Shown here: piece after piece, positions 11,979-25,618 of the stretch
How positions within the stretch are numbered: position 1 is the stretch's first letter
How the letters are laid out: every line of letters begins with the position of its first letter
From: Azolla caroliniana
Taxonomy: Eukaryota; Plantae; Polypodiophyta
Direction of reading: 5' to 3'
Length of the DNA: 64,000 nt
Assembly (NCBI GenBank): GCA_043228905.1
Contig: JBHGNT010000009.1
Coordinates: 2,418,001 to 2,482,000 of the forward strand
Program-made: the position numbers and the translations under genes
Notes under the pieces: generated by a model
What the model was told of the DNA's origin: nothing
The model's database searches: none
What the model saw: the letters and a program-made list of their open reading frames with translations, nothing else

Positions 11979-12621
11979 TGTCCAGGTATTCCTCGCGGAT
12001 GCGTGGAATGAGGCGGGGCCTCGGGGGTCTTGTACCGAAGAGCAAGAGACAAAGGAGAAGTGAAGAGACCCACTACGTGCGAGCGTAGATTCACAGGGAC
12101 ACGGCCCTTCGAAACAAAGATGCAAGTGGGACGCTGACGCAGAGAGACACGAATGTAGGTATATATATATTAACAAAGACAAACAACAAGAAGCACGAAG
12201 TCGGTTACAACCAAACAGGCCAGCGAACAGATGTCGATGCCTGTTCGTAAACGCTCAGAAAGAAAGGAGTAGGTTGGAGGTGCTGCCGGAAGCACCTGGG
12301 CATTCCTCAGAGCAGCGCGAGCCTCCTCAAACCTGCACAGAAAGAAGCTATGGAGTTTGGAAGAGAGAGAAGCCTTCGGCCGACAACCCGACAGCACTTC
12401 GTCCTCTCTATCCGGGATCCGTTCCTCCTCCTCGTCTCCCCCCTTTTATAGGCAAGAAAGGAGCCGTTTCCCATTAACTCCCTTCCTACCGAATCTACCT
12501 ACCCAGGATCTTCTATGTACCTAATTCTCTCTTATATACAACATAAGGCGTACATGCATGAAGAGCTGGTTCCTACGCTCCGGTGCACTGATTCCACTTG
12601 TGGACGGTTTTCGTCGCGACA
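11979..12621 (-). repeat. 3' LTR of B1
   Basis: TGTC...GACA termini; repeat of 18038-18680 and 44631-45273. Confidence 0.95.
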
Positions 12622-12793
12622 TCCAGCCCCACCTAACCGCGCATCCACCGGCATGCGCCAAATTGAGTTGGGACGGAGAAAACCGGTCCAGCCTTCATTC
12701 CCCGCCCGTCGGTTCTTCCTCAGTTTCGGATCGTTCGTCGTCCCGGTCCAGGTTAACCGGATCCGGCTCGTCGTCGTGACGCTTCTTGAACGC

Positions 12794-13747
12794 TGTCGTG
12801 AAGATCCGTCACTACGCGCGGATCGTGAGGCGGAACCGCCGGGGTTCTGGACCAGAAGGATTTAGAGTCGATACAAGCTTTGGCGAGAAAGTACTTAAGA
12901 TAGATTGGGAAAGAGAGAAGTTGAGATTACACGATTGATTTGAAAACGAATTTCTTCCTCTTAATTTTCATAAACAAAACCCGTGTTTTTTCTCCTCCCC
13001 CTTCCCTCTTTTATAGATGCTCTCATGCATATGATGCATGTGAGGGTACAAGACATGCATAAATTGCATGTTTGCCATTTGGCGCTTATGTATTACATGT
13101 GGTGCATGATAACCATGTCACTCATTTTAGTTCTCATGTATGAGAATTTACATGTAAAAGTACAATGATAGAAATATAATTTCAACTAAATAGCATGGCT
13201 TAATGGTAAGCCATTTGACTCCTAACTTGGAGGTGCAAGGTTTGAATTCTTACTTGCCCTCCTTGTATATGTAAATATGTATATATATTTATATGTTTAT
13301 TTATCTAGTCGCCGGACGCCGTTTCGCCGGATGCTGCCTGATCATCGGCTCCATCGTCGGTCCGGTTTTGGTTGGCCAAAACCCTTTATGAGTAGCTAGC
13401 CCACCTCCACTCTTAGTTCAAGTTACCTTGAACTCTCTATGCTCCACACATAGACACAAAGATAATATCTTTTGCTTCACCTTATATATGATGAGAGTTG
13501 TATTTGTCGTGCCTATGTGGGATATCTCACAATTTTCTCCTTTCCTTTTACAAACTTTATACCCTCATATCTTGACATTTAGTTGTCTGTTTCTCGTGTA
13601 ATAAAGTGCATTCGAAACCTCCATCATTTTGTACTTTAGATATTAAATCTATTTAAAATGTTATCTTCACAATTATTGTACTACGTGATTCATACTCGAT
13701 TTCGTACGTTTTATAGGATTTTCACACTATTGCCGAAAATCTTCACA
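12794..13747 (-). repeat. Solo LTR of an A-related family inserted in B1 integrase tail
   Basis: TG...CA termini; TSD ACGC (12790-12793, 13748-13751); removal restores GKRIKAFKKR; U5 end resembles the A LTR. Confidence 0.85.
13196..13258 (+). promoter_or_regulatory. tRNA-derived A-box/B-box module in solo LTR
   Basis: TGGCTTAATGG (consensus A-box) ... GAGGT ... GGTTTGAATTC; same spacing as at 5094. Confidence 0.65.
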
Positions 13748-15866
13748 ACGCTTTGATCCGCTTCCTAGCTACCGGTATCGCCATTCTCGTGCCGTCGAGT
13801 TCCGCCAGATGGTACGTCCCGTTGTCGTTGGCGCTTTGTACCACGTAAGGCCCGAACCACCTTCTTGCGAACTTCCGTGTCGCTCGTGCTGGTTGTCGAG
13901 GCTACTGTCGTAGACTAGCACCCAGTCGCCTTCCTCGATCTTCTTCGGTCGGAGCCAGTGCGTTCGGTCAAACCGGGCTTTGTTCCTCATCCTTGCTTCC
14001 CGAAGCTTTCCCACAGCCTGCTCCACGTCCTCCGGCCTTCGCTCGAGCTGACGTATGCGCGCCGCCAACAGTTCCTCCCGGCTCATCTCGTCTCTCTAGT
14101 CCACGGTTGCCCATGAGAAGATCGTACGTTCCATCGGCATGATCGGCTTCTGCCCAAACCTGAGCTCTGCCGGCATGAACCCGGTTACCGAACTGTGCGT
14201 AGTTCAGTCAGCCCACAACGCGTAAGGCAGCAGCCGCGGCCAGTTCCCGACTTGACCTCCACATGCCCGAACTAACGCCTTGACGATCGATTTGTGTCCA
14301 CCTTTCCATTCGCCTCCGGATTGTACGCAGTGGTAAGCGTGAGCTTGACTCCTAGCCGGTCGAACAGCTCCTCGGCCTCTTCGACGTCCAACTCCCCGCG
14401 ATCAGCCACAATCTTCCCGACGCACCCGTACCGCCATATCACGTCCTCGATCAGGAACGGACATACGGCTGCGGTCGTTTTGTTCTAAAGGGCCCGGCCT
14501 TCCACCTGGTTCATCAGATCTTCCCGAGCCAGGACCAGATACCGCATCTGTCCTACTCCCATCGGCATCATCACCAGATCTACCATCCATTTGAAGTGGA
14601 TGGTCGGAGGGTATGTTGGGTGAAGCCCGTCCCGATGTCGGACTATGGAGTGCATCTGACAGCTCTCGCAAGTTGTCACGAACCGATGCACGTCCCGGTA
14701 CAGTCCGGGCCACCAGTACTTCCCCTTTATCTTCTCGAACGTGGCCCACGTTCCACGGTGTCCAGCCCAAGGGCTGTCGTGGTAGCCCATCAACAGCTCC
14801 TCCTGTTCTTCCTTCATTGCCACCACCCGGAGCGGGACGTCGTTCCTCTTCTTCGGGTGCTTCCATAAGTATCCGTCCGAGTACAGATCACCGACCGAGA
14901 AAATCGACCTTCCGGTGAAGGCCTCCGCGAACTCGTCTATGGTCGGTCCGATTCCTGCGTTCCGAATGGTCACTCTGTTGACCGGCTGCAGATCTTGAAT
15001 GAAGCGCAATGTTCCGTTTTTCTTTGGTACGGTAAACCATTGGTTCGAGTATGGGGCACTCGACAGTTCGAGAATGCCCATATCGACTTTTTGCCTCAAT
15101 AGCTCCATCAACTTCGGGATGTGAGCTCTCGGTACTGGAATCGGCTTGAGATTCCACGGCACGTGCGGTACCGTGAATATCACCATCGGCTCCACGATTG
15201 TCGGGTCTACGCACCCGATCTCTTCCGGTGAGAATGCGAAGGCTTTCCCGTGCCTTCCGAGCATTCTCCGAAACCGGTCTTCCTCCGCCGGCAGTAAGAA
15301 CCCGCCCCCACCGATATTGAGCTCCCAGAGCGTCCCGTCGGTGAAGGTGTGTCCTATGCAGACCGGATATCTTAAGCTGGGGACCGACACAACCCCTCTG
15401 ATTCGGGACTCGCTGCCCTCCAGTAAGGGTGCCGCGACTGGCCTTACCTTCCGGTCCACAGTCTTGTACTTCGTGCTAACTTGAGCCGTCCGACCCGACC
15501 GGAGCCCTTGACTGAAGTTCGCGATGACTTCGTACATCTCTTCGGAACATACCGGTATCGTCCGTTCTTCGTTACGGTCTTCTCTGATTACCTTCCTCAG
15601 CATCCCCAAGGTGTCGTCGAAGGAGACCGCCTCCACGGCTCCGCTGATTTCCTCGTCCGGGCCGAGAACTCCGCACGCTCGAAGTCGTACTTCCGCCCTT
15701 GCCTTTTCTCGGCCAACGATGCCGACTATCATACAGCCTCCGTTGTCGGAGAAGCAAAAATTTCCACCTACCGTACAGGGTTTCTTCGGTTTCGTTTCTA
15801 TCGTACAGCTGTGGGGTCTTTCCCGAGTGTCCGGACTGTCTCGGCCCCACGCCTTGGCAGCCCTCT

Positions 15867-17994
15867 CTAAAAATCCTCCCGGTTCTCGCCACCGAGGGAT
15901 TCGCGGTTTCGCTCGTGGTTTGGTCGCACCGTCAGAAATTGGACCGAATGGCGCCTGTCCTGGCTTTTGACCCTCGCGTAGGCCGAACCGTTGTCCAGCA
16001 CCTTGGTCTCCATTCGCGCCACCGTGATGTATGGTTCCCCTAATATGACCGGGTGCGAGGACGTCTCCTGTATGAAGAAGTGCTGGTCAATCTCGACGTC
16101 GCAGATCTTGACTCACACGTTCGGGCAGGCCCCGTGCAGTTCCTCGGTGGCGCGCATCGCCGCCCATATCTTCCTCCCGTGCTTGGTGTTGATCGGCCAC
16201 TTTCCCTTCTTATAGAAGTCCATGGACATCAAGTTTATTTCCGAACCGTGGTCCACCGGTGCCACCACCGGTTCCTAAACATCTCCGATCTTTACCGGGA
16301 TCTCCGTGGTCGCTCGGGCCCAGTGTGGCCTCGAATAGTGGCTCTCCGCCCACTCACCTTCCAGCGCCAAGTCGTCGATGTGCGTCGTCGGCACCTCCAC
16401 CGGTCTTTCCGGTTCCGTCTCCGTCGACAGCCTCTTCCGCTTCACCAAGTCCACAATGGAGTCGTGGAACTCCTTCTTGGCGATCCCTAGCACCTCCCGC
16501 AATGACAACTCCACTTTGCTGTCGAGGATCCGTTCTTCTAGGACCTTTCGTAGGTCCGTGGTCCTTTCTATTTCCGTCCCCAGTCGGTATATCCGCCCTT
16601 CCTGGGGTTATCTTGTGCACTGGACCCACCGGCTTCGTTCCGTCATTGCCCGAATCGGGTCTCGTATCGTTGTGAGGGCCCGGCCGCTCCGGCTTTCCCC
16701 ACTCATTTGTCCTCTACCAGGGCCTCGTAGTTCCGGCAAACGGATTCTACGAAGCCCGTCTTCTCCTCGACCGGGTCGCTCCACCCGGTTACTTCCTGGA
16801 CCCGTCTCTCAGCGCGGTCCGCTTCATCTTTCCTCAGCCGTGCACCGGCGAGGCCTTCCAGCATTGTTGACCAGAATCCGTCTTTGCTCTCCTTTCGGAC
16901 CTCGTTGCCCCCGACCCGAATACCGGCCGACGCTCAGTAGTGGATGGCCTCCAAGTTTCGGGCCGCTGCCTCTTCCATCAGTCTCTTCATACCTCCTCGT
17001 CCGTCGTTTCGGTTTAGGGCCCTTCTGCTATCGCCGACGTGCACCCGGCCTTCCCACAGGTACACCACCCGGTTCCTCAACGCCTCTGCGAAATCGCCGC
17101 AGTCCTTCCGAATGTGGCCGACCTCATCACACCACATGCACCTGTTCCCTGCTGCCGGCCGTCGGTCACGAGCCAGTTCGCCGCCTTCCCTTCGAGTCTG
17201 GGCGATCTGGAGATCCTTTATTGCCCGCGTCAACTCCTCCAGCGCTGCTCCTCCGGACGAGCCATTGACCATGCCGGTCGAAGCCGAACCGGTTTCGAGC
17301 CACTCCCGGGTCTCTTCCCTTTGCCCTTGGGTGCCGGTTCAAGCCTCCTTGCTGTGACAGAGCCCGCACCGGCCGCCCCGTTGTCAGCCCATTCTCGCCG
17401 TTTGTCGAAACGGCCACAGACTCTCTTAACCGCAGCCCAGTCGGTCGTCAGCCCGTCTTCGGTTTCCAGCAAGGAGCCGACTTGATCCCGGTCCCGCTCG
17501 TCCACCGACTTGACAAACAGTAGGACCCGGCTCGTGTCCAGAATGGTTCGGTCAAGCGCCGAAAGGCGCGCAAAGCGTTCTTCAAACTCCCGGAGGAGTG
17601 CCGACGCGTTTCTTCCCTTTCCGGGGGCCTCCACCCATTCCATGAAGTCCCGTTTCAAAAGCCGGAGCGCGTCGTCCAGCCCGTATTTTTCTAAGAGTCG
17701 GCCTTCGAACACCTCCCAGGTACTACTCTCCGCCCGCACCTCGAGCAGCTCCGCATGGATGCTCGGCATCGCCACTCGAGGGAACCCGGCAAGACACCTC
17801 TCTTCTGGAATGTCCCGCATCAACATTTCCGCCCCGTAGGACGCCAAATACTTCGTGGCATCCTTTCCGCTGAACCGGCCGATCGTACTGACAACCGCCT
17901 CAATGGCTCTGTCGAGGGCACCGGTGCCCTCGCGTGTGCTCAATATCCGATCCACGGCCGAAGCCATGGCCTCTGCAAGATCCGACCCCCTCAT
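15867..17994 (-). pseudogene. gag: B1 gag-protease, frameshifted
   Basis: GRFSGKDATKYL, CMWCDEVGHIRKDC, SHYSRPHWARATTE, VDHGSEINLM; homologous to A gag-pro. Confidence 0.9.
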
Positions 17995-18016
17995 CTTCTG
18001 CTCTTCTGCCGCCTCT

Positions 18017-18034
18017 TTCACGTCGGGTTCACCA
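18017..18034 (-). promoter_or_regulatory. Primer binding site, tRNA-Trp
   Basis: TGGTGAACCCGACGTGAA 3 nt from LTR. Confidence 0.9.
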
Positions 18035-18037
18035 AGA

Positions 18038-18680
18038 TGTCCAGGTATTCCTCGCGGATGCGTGGAATGAGGCGGGGCCTCGGGGGTCTTGTACCGAAGA
18101 GCAAGAGACAAAGGAGAAGTGAAGAGACCCACTACGTGCGAGCGTAGATTCACAGGGACACGGCCCTTCGAAACAAAGACGCGAGTGGGACGCCGACGCA
18201 GAGAGACACGAATGTAGGTATATATATATTAACAAAGACAAACAACAAGAAGCACGAAGTCGGTTACAACCGAACAGGCCGGCGAACAGATGCAGATGCC
18301 TGTTCGTAAACACTCAGAAAGAAAGGAGTAGGTTGGAGGTACTGCCGGAAGCACCTGGGCATTCCTCAAAGCAGTGCGAGCCTCCTCAAACCTGCACAGA
18401 AAGAAGCTACAGAGTTTGGAAGAGAGAGAAGCCTTCGGCCGACAACCTGACAACACTTCGTCCTCTCTATCCGCGATCCGTTCCTCCTCCTCGTCTCCCC
18501 CCTTTTATAGGCAAGAAAGGAGTCGTTTCCCATTAACTCCCTTCCTACCGAATCTACCTACCCAGGATCTTCTATGTACCTAATTCTCTCTTATGTACAA
18601 CATAAGGCGTACGTGCATGAAGAGCCGGTTCCTACGCTCCGGTGCACCGATTCCACTTGTGGACGGTTTTCATCGCGACA
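18038..18680 (-). repeat. 5' LTR of B1
   Basis: Direct repeat of 11979-12621, adjacent to PBS. Confidence 0.95.
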
Positions 18681-18684
18681 CCGT

Positions 18685-21600
18685 AACGAACGTTGTCTTC
18701 TCCTGGTCAGCCGGGTTCATTCGTATTTGGTTGTAACCGCTAAATCCATCGAGGAAGCTGTAAACTTCGTGGCCGGCTACCGCATCTAACACCCCGTCCG
18801 TAAATGGTAGTGGGAACGCATCAGTCATCGTTGCGGCATTTAGTTTCCGGTAGTCCACGCATACCCGGATTTTGCCGTTCTTTTTCGGGACCACCACTAT
18901 CGGACCCAGCCAGGTTGCCTGCTTGACCGGTCGGATAAATCCGACCCGGAGGAGCTTATCAATCTCCTCCTTCACCTTCGCCGCATAATTCGGATTCATC
19001 CGGTACCTGCGTTGAGCGATCGGTTTCGCGTCCGTACTTAGGTGAATTTGGTGTTGATAGAGCTGGGGGTCCAACCCTCGCATGTCTTCATACGACCACG
19101 CGAACACATCCTTGAAGTCTGTTAATAATGCTACCATTGCCTTCTTTTCTTCCTTCGGCAATTCCTTTGCGACAATTACCGGTCGGGGCTTGTCTGTTGT
19201 GCCGAGGTCCACCTCCTCTAGTTGGGATGCTTTTACCCTCTGGGATATCGTCATCTCCCTCTCTAGGGATTCCTGCGCTTGTCGCAGTTGCCGGATCGCC
19301 GATTGGTCCGGTTCGTCCGGCGTCGTGATGTATGGTTCTACTACCGCCGTGATATCCACCTCAAATAGTGGGAAGATTCGTGGGTGTTCCTCGAGGTACC
19401 GATCGACTTCCTCGTCCGGTAATCCCTCCAACATGTTGATGCTTTCCGCATACAATGGAGTTGCTTCCTTACTGGCGATCACCCATGGTTGCGTCGCTAC
19501 TCGTACCTTTGTTTTCCCTCGCCGGAATGTGATCATGTTCTTTTGCCAGTTCTGCTTGATATGCGTCGTTCGCAGCCATGGTCGTCCTAGCAGTAGGGGA
19601 TATGCGCCTTGTACATTCAGCTGCAGCACCACAGCCGATATCCGGAATACGTGGCCTCCGATCGTTACTTCCAAATCCCGGATAAGCCCAGTCGGTCGGA
19701 CTGAGCTGGTATCCGCCATGCGTAACCAGAAGGGGCATGGTTCCCATTCCCGAATGCCCAGGTTGTCGCATGTCCGTCGGCTGATGACATTTACGCCGGA
19801 GCCTCCGTCAATAATTGTTCCGGCAATTTCCTTTCCTTTCACGATTGCCATGATCGTCGGGCTACTTGTATCGACCACAGCTGGTCCTTCCTCCGGGTTG
19901 GAGAAGAATGCCGGTGTTGGCGTCGGCTTCGGTTTGCTCACGGATGCCTGTAAGTCTGCCGTAAACCGTGGCACCAATTGTAGTAGCCGTGCTAACGACA
20001 GCACGATTTGACAGTCCTGAAGCACTTACCACGTCGGGTTTTCTCCTGGCTGTATGATTTCTTCGTCTTTTGGCATATTTTGGTCTCTTACTTCTGCCGC
20101 ATTCTGTTCATTGGCCTCCTTGATCCATTGCGCCGCTTGTTTTCTGATTGCCTCCTGGGCTTCCCACTCGGTGGTCTTCCCCTTTGACCGGGTTGTGACC
20201 TCTGCGTAGCTATCTCTGCGTTTCTCCTCTCGGTGATAGTTATCGCATCTTCTATCAGCGTATCTGTTACCGCGTTCGCGTTGGTAGCAGTCGTCTCTCC
20301 GGAATCGATCCTCATCCGGGTCCTGATTGCGCGGTTCTATGTGTCGAACCGGTGCCGCCTGCCGATTTAACAAGTTATATTCGCATTGGTCCGTTGTATG
20401 GGCTCGAGAGTTGCAGATCATACATTGTGTCCGCAGGTTGCAGTCTACCGTTGAGTGGCCCGAATTTAGGCATGTTGTGCATTGTAAGGCCTGTCAGAAC
20501 CTCAGGTCTTCCTCCTTCGGGAGTGCCCGGTGTAACATCCCCATCGACAAGAAGGAGCTAGTCTTGTCCATTTCTAAGACTCGATCAATAACTTGGTCCA
20601 TTGTGTTGGTGCGGAAATCAAGGACTTTGCACATCGTTCGAAGTGGCTCTTTTAGCGCAGCCAAAAAGACTGCTTTGGCTTCGTCTTCGGGTGGTGCTCT
20701 CGTCAGTTGGTTGTGCAGGGTCTGAAACCGAATGATGAATTGTGGCACAGTCTCGTTCTCTTCCTGTCGGGTGGTGTAGAACTGCCCGACCAATTCCCTT
20801 TGCTCAACTTGTCTGTGAAAAAGCCTGAGGAATTTGGCCTTCAAGGCATCGAATGTGGCAAAGCTGCCCGGTAAGTGCTTTGCGTGCCATCGGGCCGCCG
20901 GTCCTTCTAAGGTCATGCCGAATTCGGCGACTTTGGATCGTTCGGCTTCGGGCTCCGTCAGTCTTTGGGAGACATGGTTGGCTTCCCATGTTTGGAGGAA
21001 TGCGTACACGTGTGCCTCCGCGTCGGGCTCATCCTGGTACTTTGGGTATGGGTACGGCATCGTGTCGTCCAACTGACTCTCCTGCTCTCTCCGCTCTCTG
21101 TCCGTTGTTGGCGTCGGTGTGAGAACCTTCGGTTCCTCCGCAGTTGGTGCCGGTATCCGCTCCTTCAGTTCCTCCGCGGGTGTTGCCGGTGTCCGGTCCT
21201 TTGGTTCCTCCGCGGGTGTTGTCGGTGTCCGGTCCTTTGGTTCCTCCGCGGGTGTTGTCGGTATCCGCTCCTTCGGTTCCTTCACGGGTGTTGTCGGTAT
21301 CCGGTCAGCCTCCCTCGGCGATTGCCGGTCACCGAACTCCAAGGTTATTTCTTCCTCTGGCTCCGGTGTTACTGAGTCTTCTGACTCCTCTTCCCCCCGG
21401 TTGTTTGGTGTGTCGTGGCTGCTTTTATACCGGGACGCAACACTTCCGTCGCTTTCCGACTCCGCCTCGAGTGTTGCGAATGCTTCCGAGTCCCCGTCGC
21501 CACCGGCGAGCATCTGTAGTATCGGTTCCGCCTCTTGCAGGCTTGTTATGCTACTGTCTTCGTCGGGGACTTGCAGAACCCGGAACTGCAGTGCTTCTTC

Positions 21601-21741
21601 TGCGACTCTCCGAAGAGTTCTGGAGAATGACCGATCTCGCCGGATCTCGTCGACGACTTGCTGCAGGGCTTCCCGTCGTTGCTCTCGTTCGGTGTATCGT
21701 CTCCCTCGTTCGGTGATGTGGTCGTCGTTTGGTCTAGACAT
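18685..21741 (-). pseudogene. gag-pol: C1 gag-protease-RT N-terminal part
   Basis: Retrotransposon gag core, two CCHC knuckles, IIDGGSGVN protease, RVCVDYRKLN and FLDGFSGYNQI RT motifs; in-frame stops. Confidence 0.92.
21110..21305 (-). repeat. 39-bp in-frame tandem repeat (~5 copies) in C1 gag
   Basis: Encodes PTTPAEEPKDRT-like units. Confidence 0.9.
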
Positions 21742-21777
21742 CCATCCCCCGGTTGTCCTCTGCACTTTGCAGGAATC

Positions 21778-21787
21778 GTGGTCGCCA
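21778..21787 (-). promoter_or_regulatory. Primer binding site of C1 (tRNA-Arg-like, short)
   Basis: TGGCGACCAC 6 nt from 5' LTR; fits the recalled tRNA-Arg(TCG) end ...GTGGTCG-CCA. Confidence 0.65.
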
Positions 21788-21793
21788 AAATAG

Positions 21794-22174
21794 TGTTGTC
21801 TGCCTGGCCGAACTAGCCAAAACACAAGTGTCTATCCGACACTTCTCCAAAGGGGTGGTAAGGATTGGATGCTAGGTTACACGCGTAAGATGATTACACT
21901 AAGCACAGACGGTAAAACAATACAAAGACAAGATAAACACGCAATAAGTATATTTGTATTACTAGCATTTACAAATCATCGGATCCTTTTATAGGCATCC
22001 GGCAAGGTTACAATCGGTGCGCTTAAGCAACCGGCATCCGAATCGGTCCGGATCCGGATCGGTACAACTGTACCGGATCTGTCCCTTCGAATAATAAATA
22101 TACTATTATTTACTTCCTATTATTTGATCCGACTCCGCCTTCCCACTTGTCCTTGCTCTTCTGACCGGCCAACA
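21794..22174 (-). repeat. 5' LTR of C1 (381 bp)
   Basis: Direct repeat of 5699-6086 with a short indel and substitutions. Confidence 0.95.
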
Positions 22175-22179
22175 AAAGA

Positions 22180-25100
22180 CAAAGATACGAGCTCCGACTC
22201 CAAAGCGCTCCTTACCGAATCGGAACGCGGAAGACAGAGAAACCGTAGTTCCCAGAACCGGGAGAAGTCGGGGACACGGTCAAAGTCAAGGGGGAGGCCT
22301 ACTTGCTTCTATTGCGGCAAGCCGGGTCACTTCCAAAAGAACTGTCGGCATTTCCGTAAAGACAAGGAAACCAACGGTACCGATTCGAAGCAAACCCCGG
22401 ACTGGAATGGTAAAGACCGGAAGGGGACAGACCGGAAGGGAACGACGGCAATCGCGGCAAGTGAAGAAGAGTTGATGCTCATCACCGAGGAGTGTGATAT
22501 AAACCTTGCCGGGGACAAGATGACCTGGGTGGTAGACTCCGGAGCATCGTTCCACCTTACCCCGGACCGGAAATGCTTCTCATCCTACTCAGCCGGTGAT
22601 CACGGTTGTGTCCGGATGGGAAATGAAGGGACATGCCGAATTGTCGGCATAGGAGATGTGTGGTTGACAACACCAACCGGATGCAAGTTGCTGCTGAAGG
22701 ATGTCCGACACGTTCCGGAAGTTCGTCTGAACCTGATATCAACCGGTCGGCTAGATGATGAAGGCTACACGGGTAGCATCCAGAATGGTGTCATGAAGTT
22801 CAGCAAAGGGAGCCTGATTGTGGCTCGGGCCCGGAAGGTAAACACGTTGTACCTGATGAATGCCCAGTTATGTCCGGAAGAAGTGAACGTGGCATCCGAC
22901 ACTGCCGGTGAGCTGTGGCACAAAAGGCTGTGTCACATGACTAAGAAGGGGATGAAGAGGCTTGCAGACGACAACCTCATTCCAGTGAAGAACGTGCACT
23001 TAGAGAAGTGCACTGATTGAACTTGCAGACCTTGCCGGTAAGCAGAACCGGACCTCCTTCCGACCAAGGCCACCGATGAGACGTATTGCACCACTGGAGT
23101 TGGTGCATACAGATGTGTGTCAGGTAGACACGAAGTCACATGCCGGAGCGCAGTACTTCGTGACGTTCATAGATGACCACAACCGGAAGCTATGGGCCAC
23201 ACCGTTGAAGACGAAGGATCAAGTGCTATCCATCTTCAAAGAGCTCCACGCGAGAGTGGAAAGAGAAACCGGCCGGAAGCTGGAAGGCGGTTCGACCAGA
23301 TAATGGAGGAGAATACCGGGGGCAGTTCGAGGAGTACTGCCGCTCGAAGGGAATCCGGCTCGAGTTTACCGTGCCGAAGACGCCGGAACTAAACGGACTG
23401 GCCGAGAGGATGAACCGGACCATAATGGAGAGGGTCCGGAGTTATGCTAGCGCAAGCAAAACTACCCAAGAAGTTTTGGGTTGAGGCACTGTCGACGGCG
23501 ACATACGTGATAAATAGATCACCCTCAGTACCCTTGGACGGAGACACGCCACAGAGAGTATGGACCAGTAAGGAAGTGTCCTACCGGCATCTGAGGGTGC
23601 TCAGGTGTCTCGCGTACGTGGATGTAGCAAAGGACCGGAGAGGAAAGTTAGATCCAAAGACGATGAGTTCGGCTACCGAGTGTGGGACCCGGTCGACAAG
23701 AAGGTATTCCGGAGTCGAGATATTATCTTCATGGAGGACAAGACGCTCGCCGACTGGGAGTCTGAGAAGAAGATAATGAACTCTGAGTCGACCGGTAAGG
23801 ATAGACTCTACGATGAGCAGACCCAACCGGCAAGAGACCGGTTAGCACTCGAGGAACCAACCGGTTACAGTGAGGATACCAAACCGGTAGAAGAAGAAGT
23901 AGAGGAAGCTGAGACCGGAACCGGCCAAGACCCCGAATCGGATGAGGATGAGGAGCAAATGGAGGAGCCGGTTACCGAAGCCCGAAGACGTAGATATCCT
24001 CTCAGAGAGAGAAGGGCCCCCCGGAGATTTCCGGATGCAGAGCATGTTCTACTGACCGATGAGGGGGAGCTGGAAAGCTTCGAAGAAGTGAAGGAAGACA
24101 CCCACAGCCGAAAATGGTTAAGTGCCATGTAGGACGAGATGGATTCCCTACATGAGAACCATACGTATGAATTGGTGGAGTTGCCGAAAGGAAAGCGGGC
24201 ACTCCAAAACAAGTGGGTATACAAGTTGAAACTGGCCAGGATCGTGGTGAAGGGGTTCCAGCAGAAGAAGGGCGTGGACTTCGACGAGATATTGGCCCCA
24301 GTAGTAAAGATGACCTCCATCCGGACGGTGCTGAGTATAGCAGCAAGCATGGACCTCGAGGTAGAGCAGCTGGACGTGAAGACGGCATTCCTTCACAGCG
24401 ACCTCAAAGAGGAGATCTACATGCAGCAACCGGAAGGATTTGTGGAGAAAGGGAAGGAGCGCCTTGTATGCCGGTTGAAGAAGAGCCTGTACGGACTGAA
24501 GGAGGCTCCCCGGCAATGGTACTGGAAGTTCGACTCCTTCATGACCGATCAAGGATACCACAAGACACAAGCCGATCACTGTGTGTTTGTGAAGAAGTTC
24601 GAAGGAGGTGACTTCTTAATACTCCTCCTGTACGTGGATGACATGTTATTCGTCGGACGTGACCAAGTCAAAATACGGATGCTGAAGAAGGCTCTCAACC
24701 GGACCTTCTCAATGAAAGACTTGGGTCCGGCAAGACAGATGTTGGGGATGCACATCATCCGGAACCGGTCAGCGAAGCAATTATGGCTGTCACAGGAGAA
24801 GTATGTGACAAAGGTGCTTCACCGGTTCAACATGTCAGATGCAAAACCGGTCGGATCGACACTTCCGGCAAACTGCAAGCTATCCGGTAAGCAAAGCCCG
24901 AGGACGAAAGCAGAGAAGGCGGATATGATGAAGATCCCATATGCCTCTGCTGTTGGGAGCTTGATGTACTCAATGGTTTGTACCCGACCAGACATTGGAT
25001 ACGCAATCGGAGTGGTGAGCCGGTTTATGAGCAATCCAGGCAAGGAGCACTGGAACGCGGTCAAGTGGACACTCCGGTATTTGAAGGGCACTTCAAATAT

Positions 25101-25608
25101 GAGTCTCCGATTCGGCTCCGGAAAACCTCAACTGGACGGTTTCACCAATTCGGACATGTCGGTTGATGTGGATACTAGCCGGTCTACATCCGGGATTGTG
25201 ATGACATATGCAGGGGGAGCTGTTTCATGGCAGTCGAGGCTGTAGAAGACGGTTGCATTGTCAACCACAGAGGCAGAGTACATGGCGGCTGTGGAAGCCG
25301 GCAAGGAAATATTATGGATGAAGGACTTCATCGGAGAGCTCGGTATCCGGCAAGAGGAATACCGACTCTACTGCGACAGTCAAAGTGCCATCCACCTTGC
25401 TAAGAATGCGGCCTACCATTCCCGGACGAAGCATATCGAGCGGAGGTATCACTGGATCCGGGAAAGAGTAGATGACCAGGAGTTTGCACTGACGAAGATC
25501 CACACGGCCGAGAACGGGTCAGATATGCTGACCAAAGTGCTGACACCCGACAAACTGGACACATGCCGGAAGAGGATCAGACTGGTAAGACACCCCATGC
25601 CGGAGTGA
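22180..25608 (+). pseudogene. pol: Copia D1 gag C-term, protease, integrase, RT, RNase H
   Basis: CFYCGKPGHFQKNC, WVVDSGASFH, LVHTDVC, LYVDD, HSRTKHI; stops and frameshifts. Confidence 0.95.
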
Positions 25609-25618
25609 AGGGGGAGTT

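Larger units (their letters stand above)
12622..15870 (-). pseudogene. pol: B1 pol remnant lacking most of RT and all RNase H
   Basis: ORF 14485-15732 joins SVGDLYS directly to DGYLWKH; integrase pieces follow, split by a solo LTR. Confidence 0.88.
11979..18680 (-). mobile_element. Gypsy family B copy B1 (related to A), internally deleted, inserted in C1 RT
   Basis: 643-bp LTR pair; 4-bp TSD CCGT (11975-11978, 18681-18684); removing it restores C1 RT ...TTFVTEWG. Confidence 0.95.
5699..22174 (-). mobile_element. Ty3/Gypsy non-chromovirus element C1 with extra 3' ORF; contains B1
   Basis: LTR pair 5699-6086 and 21794-22174; 5-bp TSD AAAGA (5694-5698, 22175-22179); gag-PR-RT-RH-INT on minus strand. 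Confidence 0.95.

Noticed and set aside
10791-12182. 463-aa ORF with a novel N-terminus
   Set aside because: Chimera: the N-terminus is B1 LTR sequence read into the interrupted C1 RT.
19082-20011. 309-aa plus-strand ORF and similar long antisense ORFs (16378-17268, 21119-21793)
   Set aside because: Shadows of GC-rich gag/pol on the opposite strand with no recognisable motifs.
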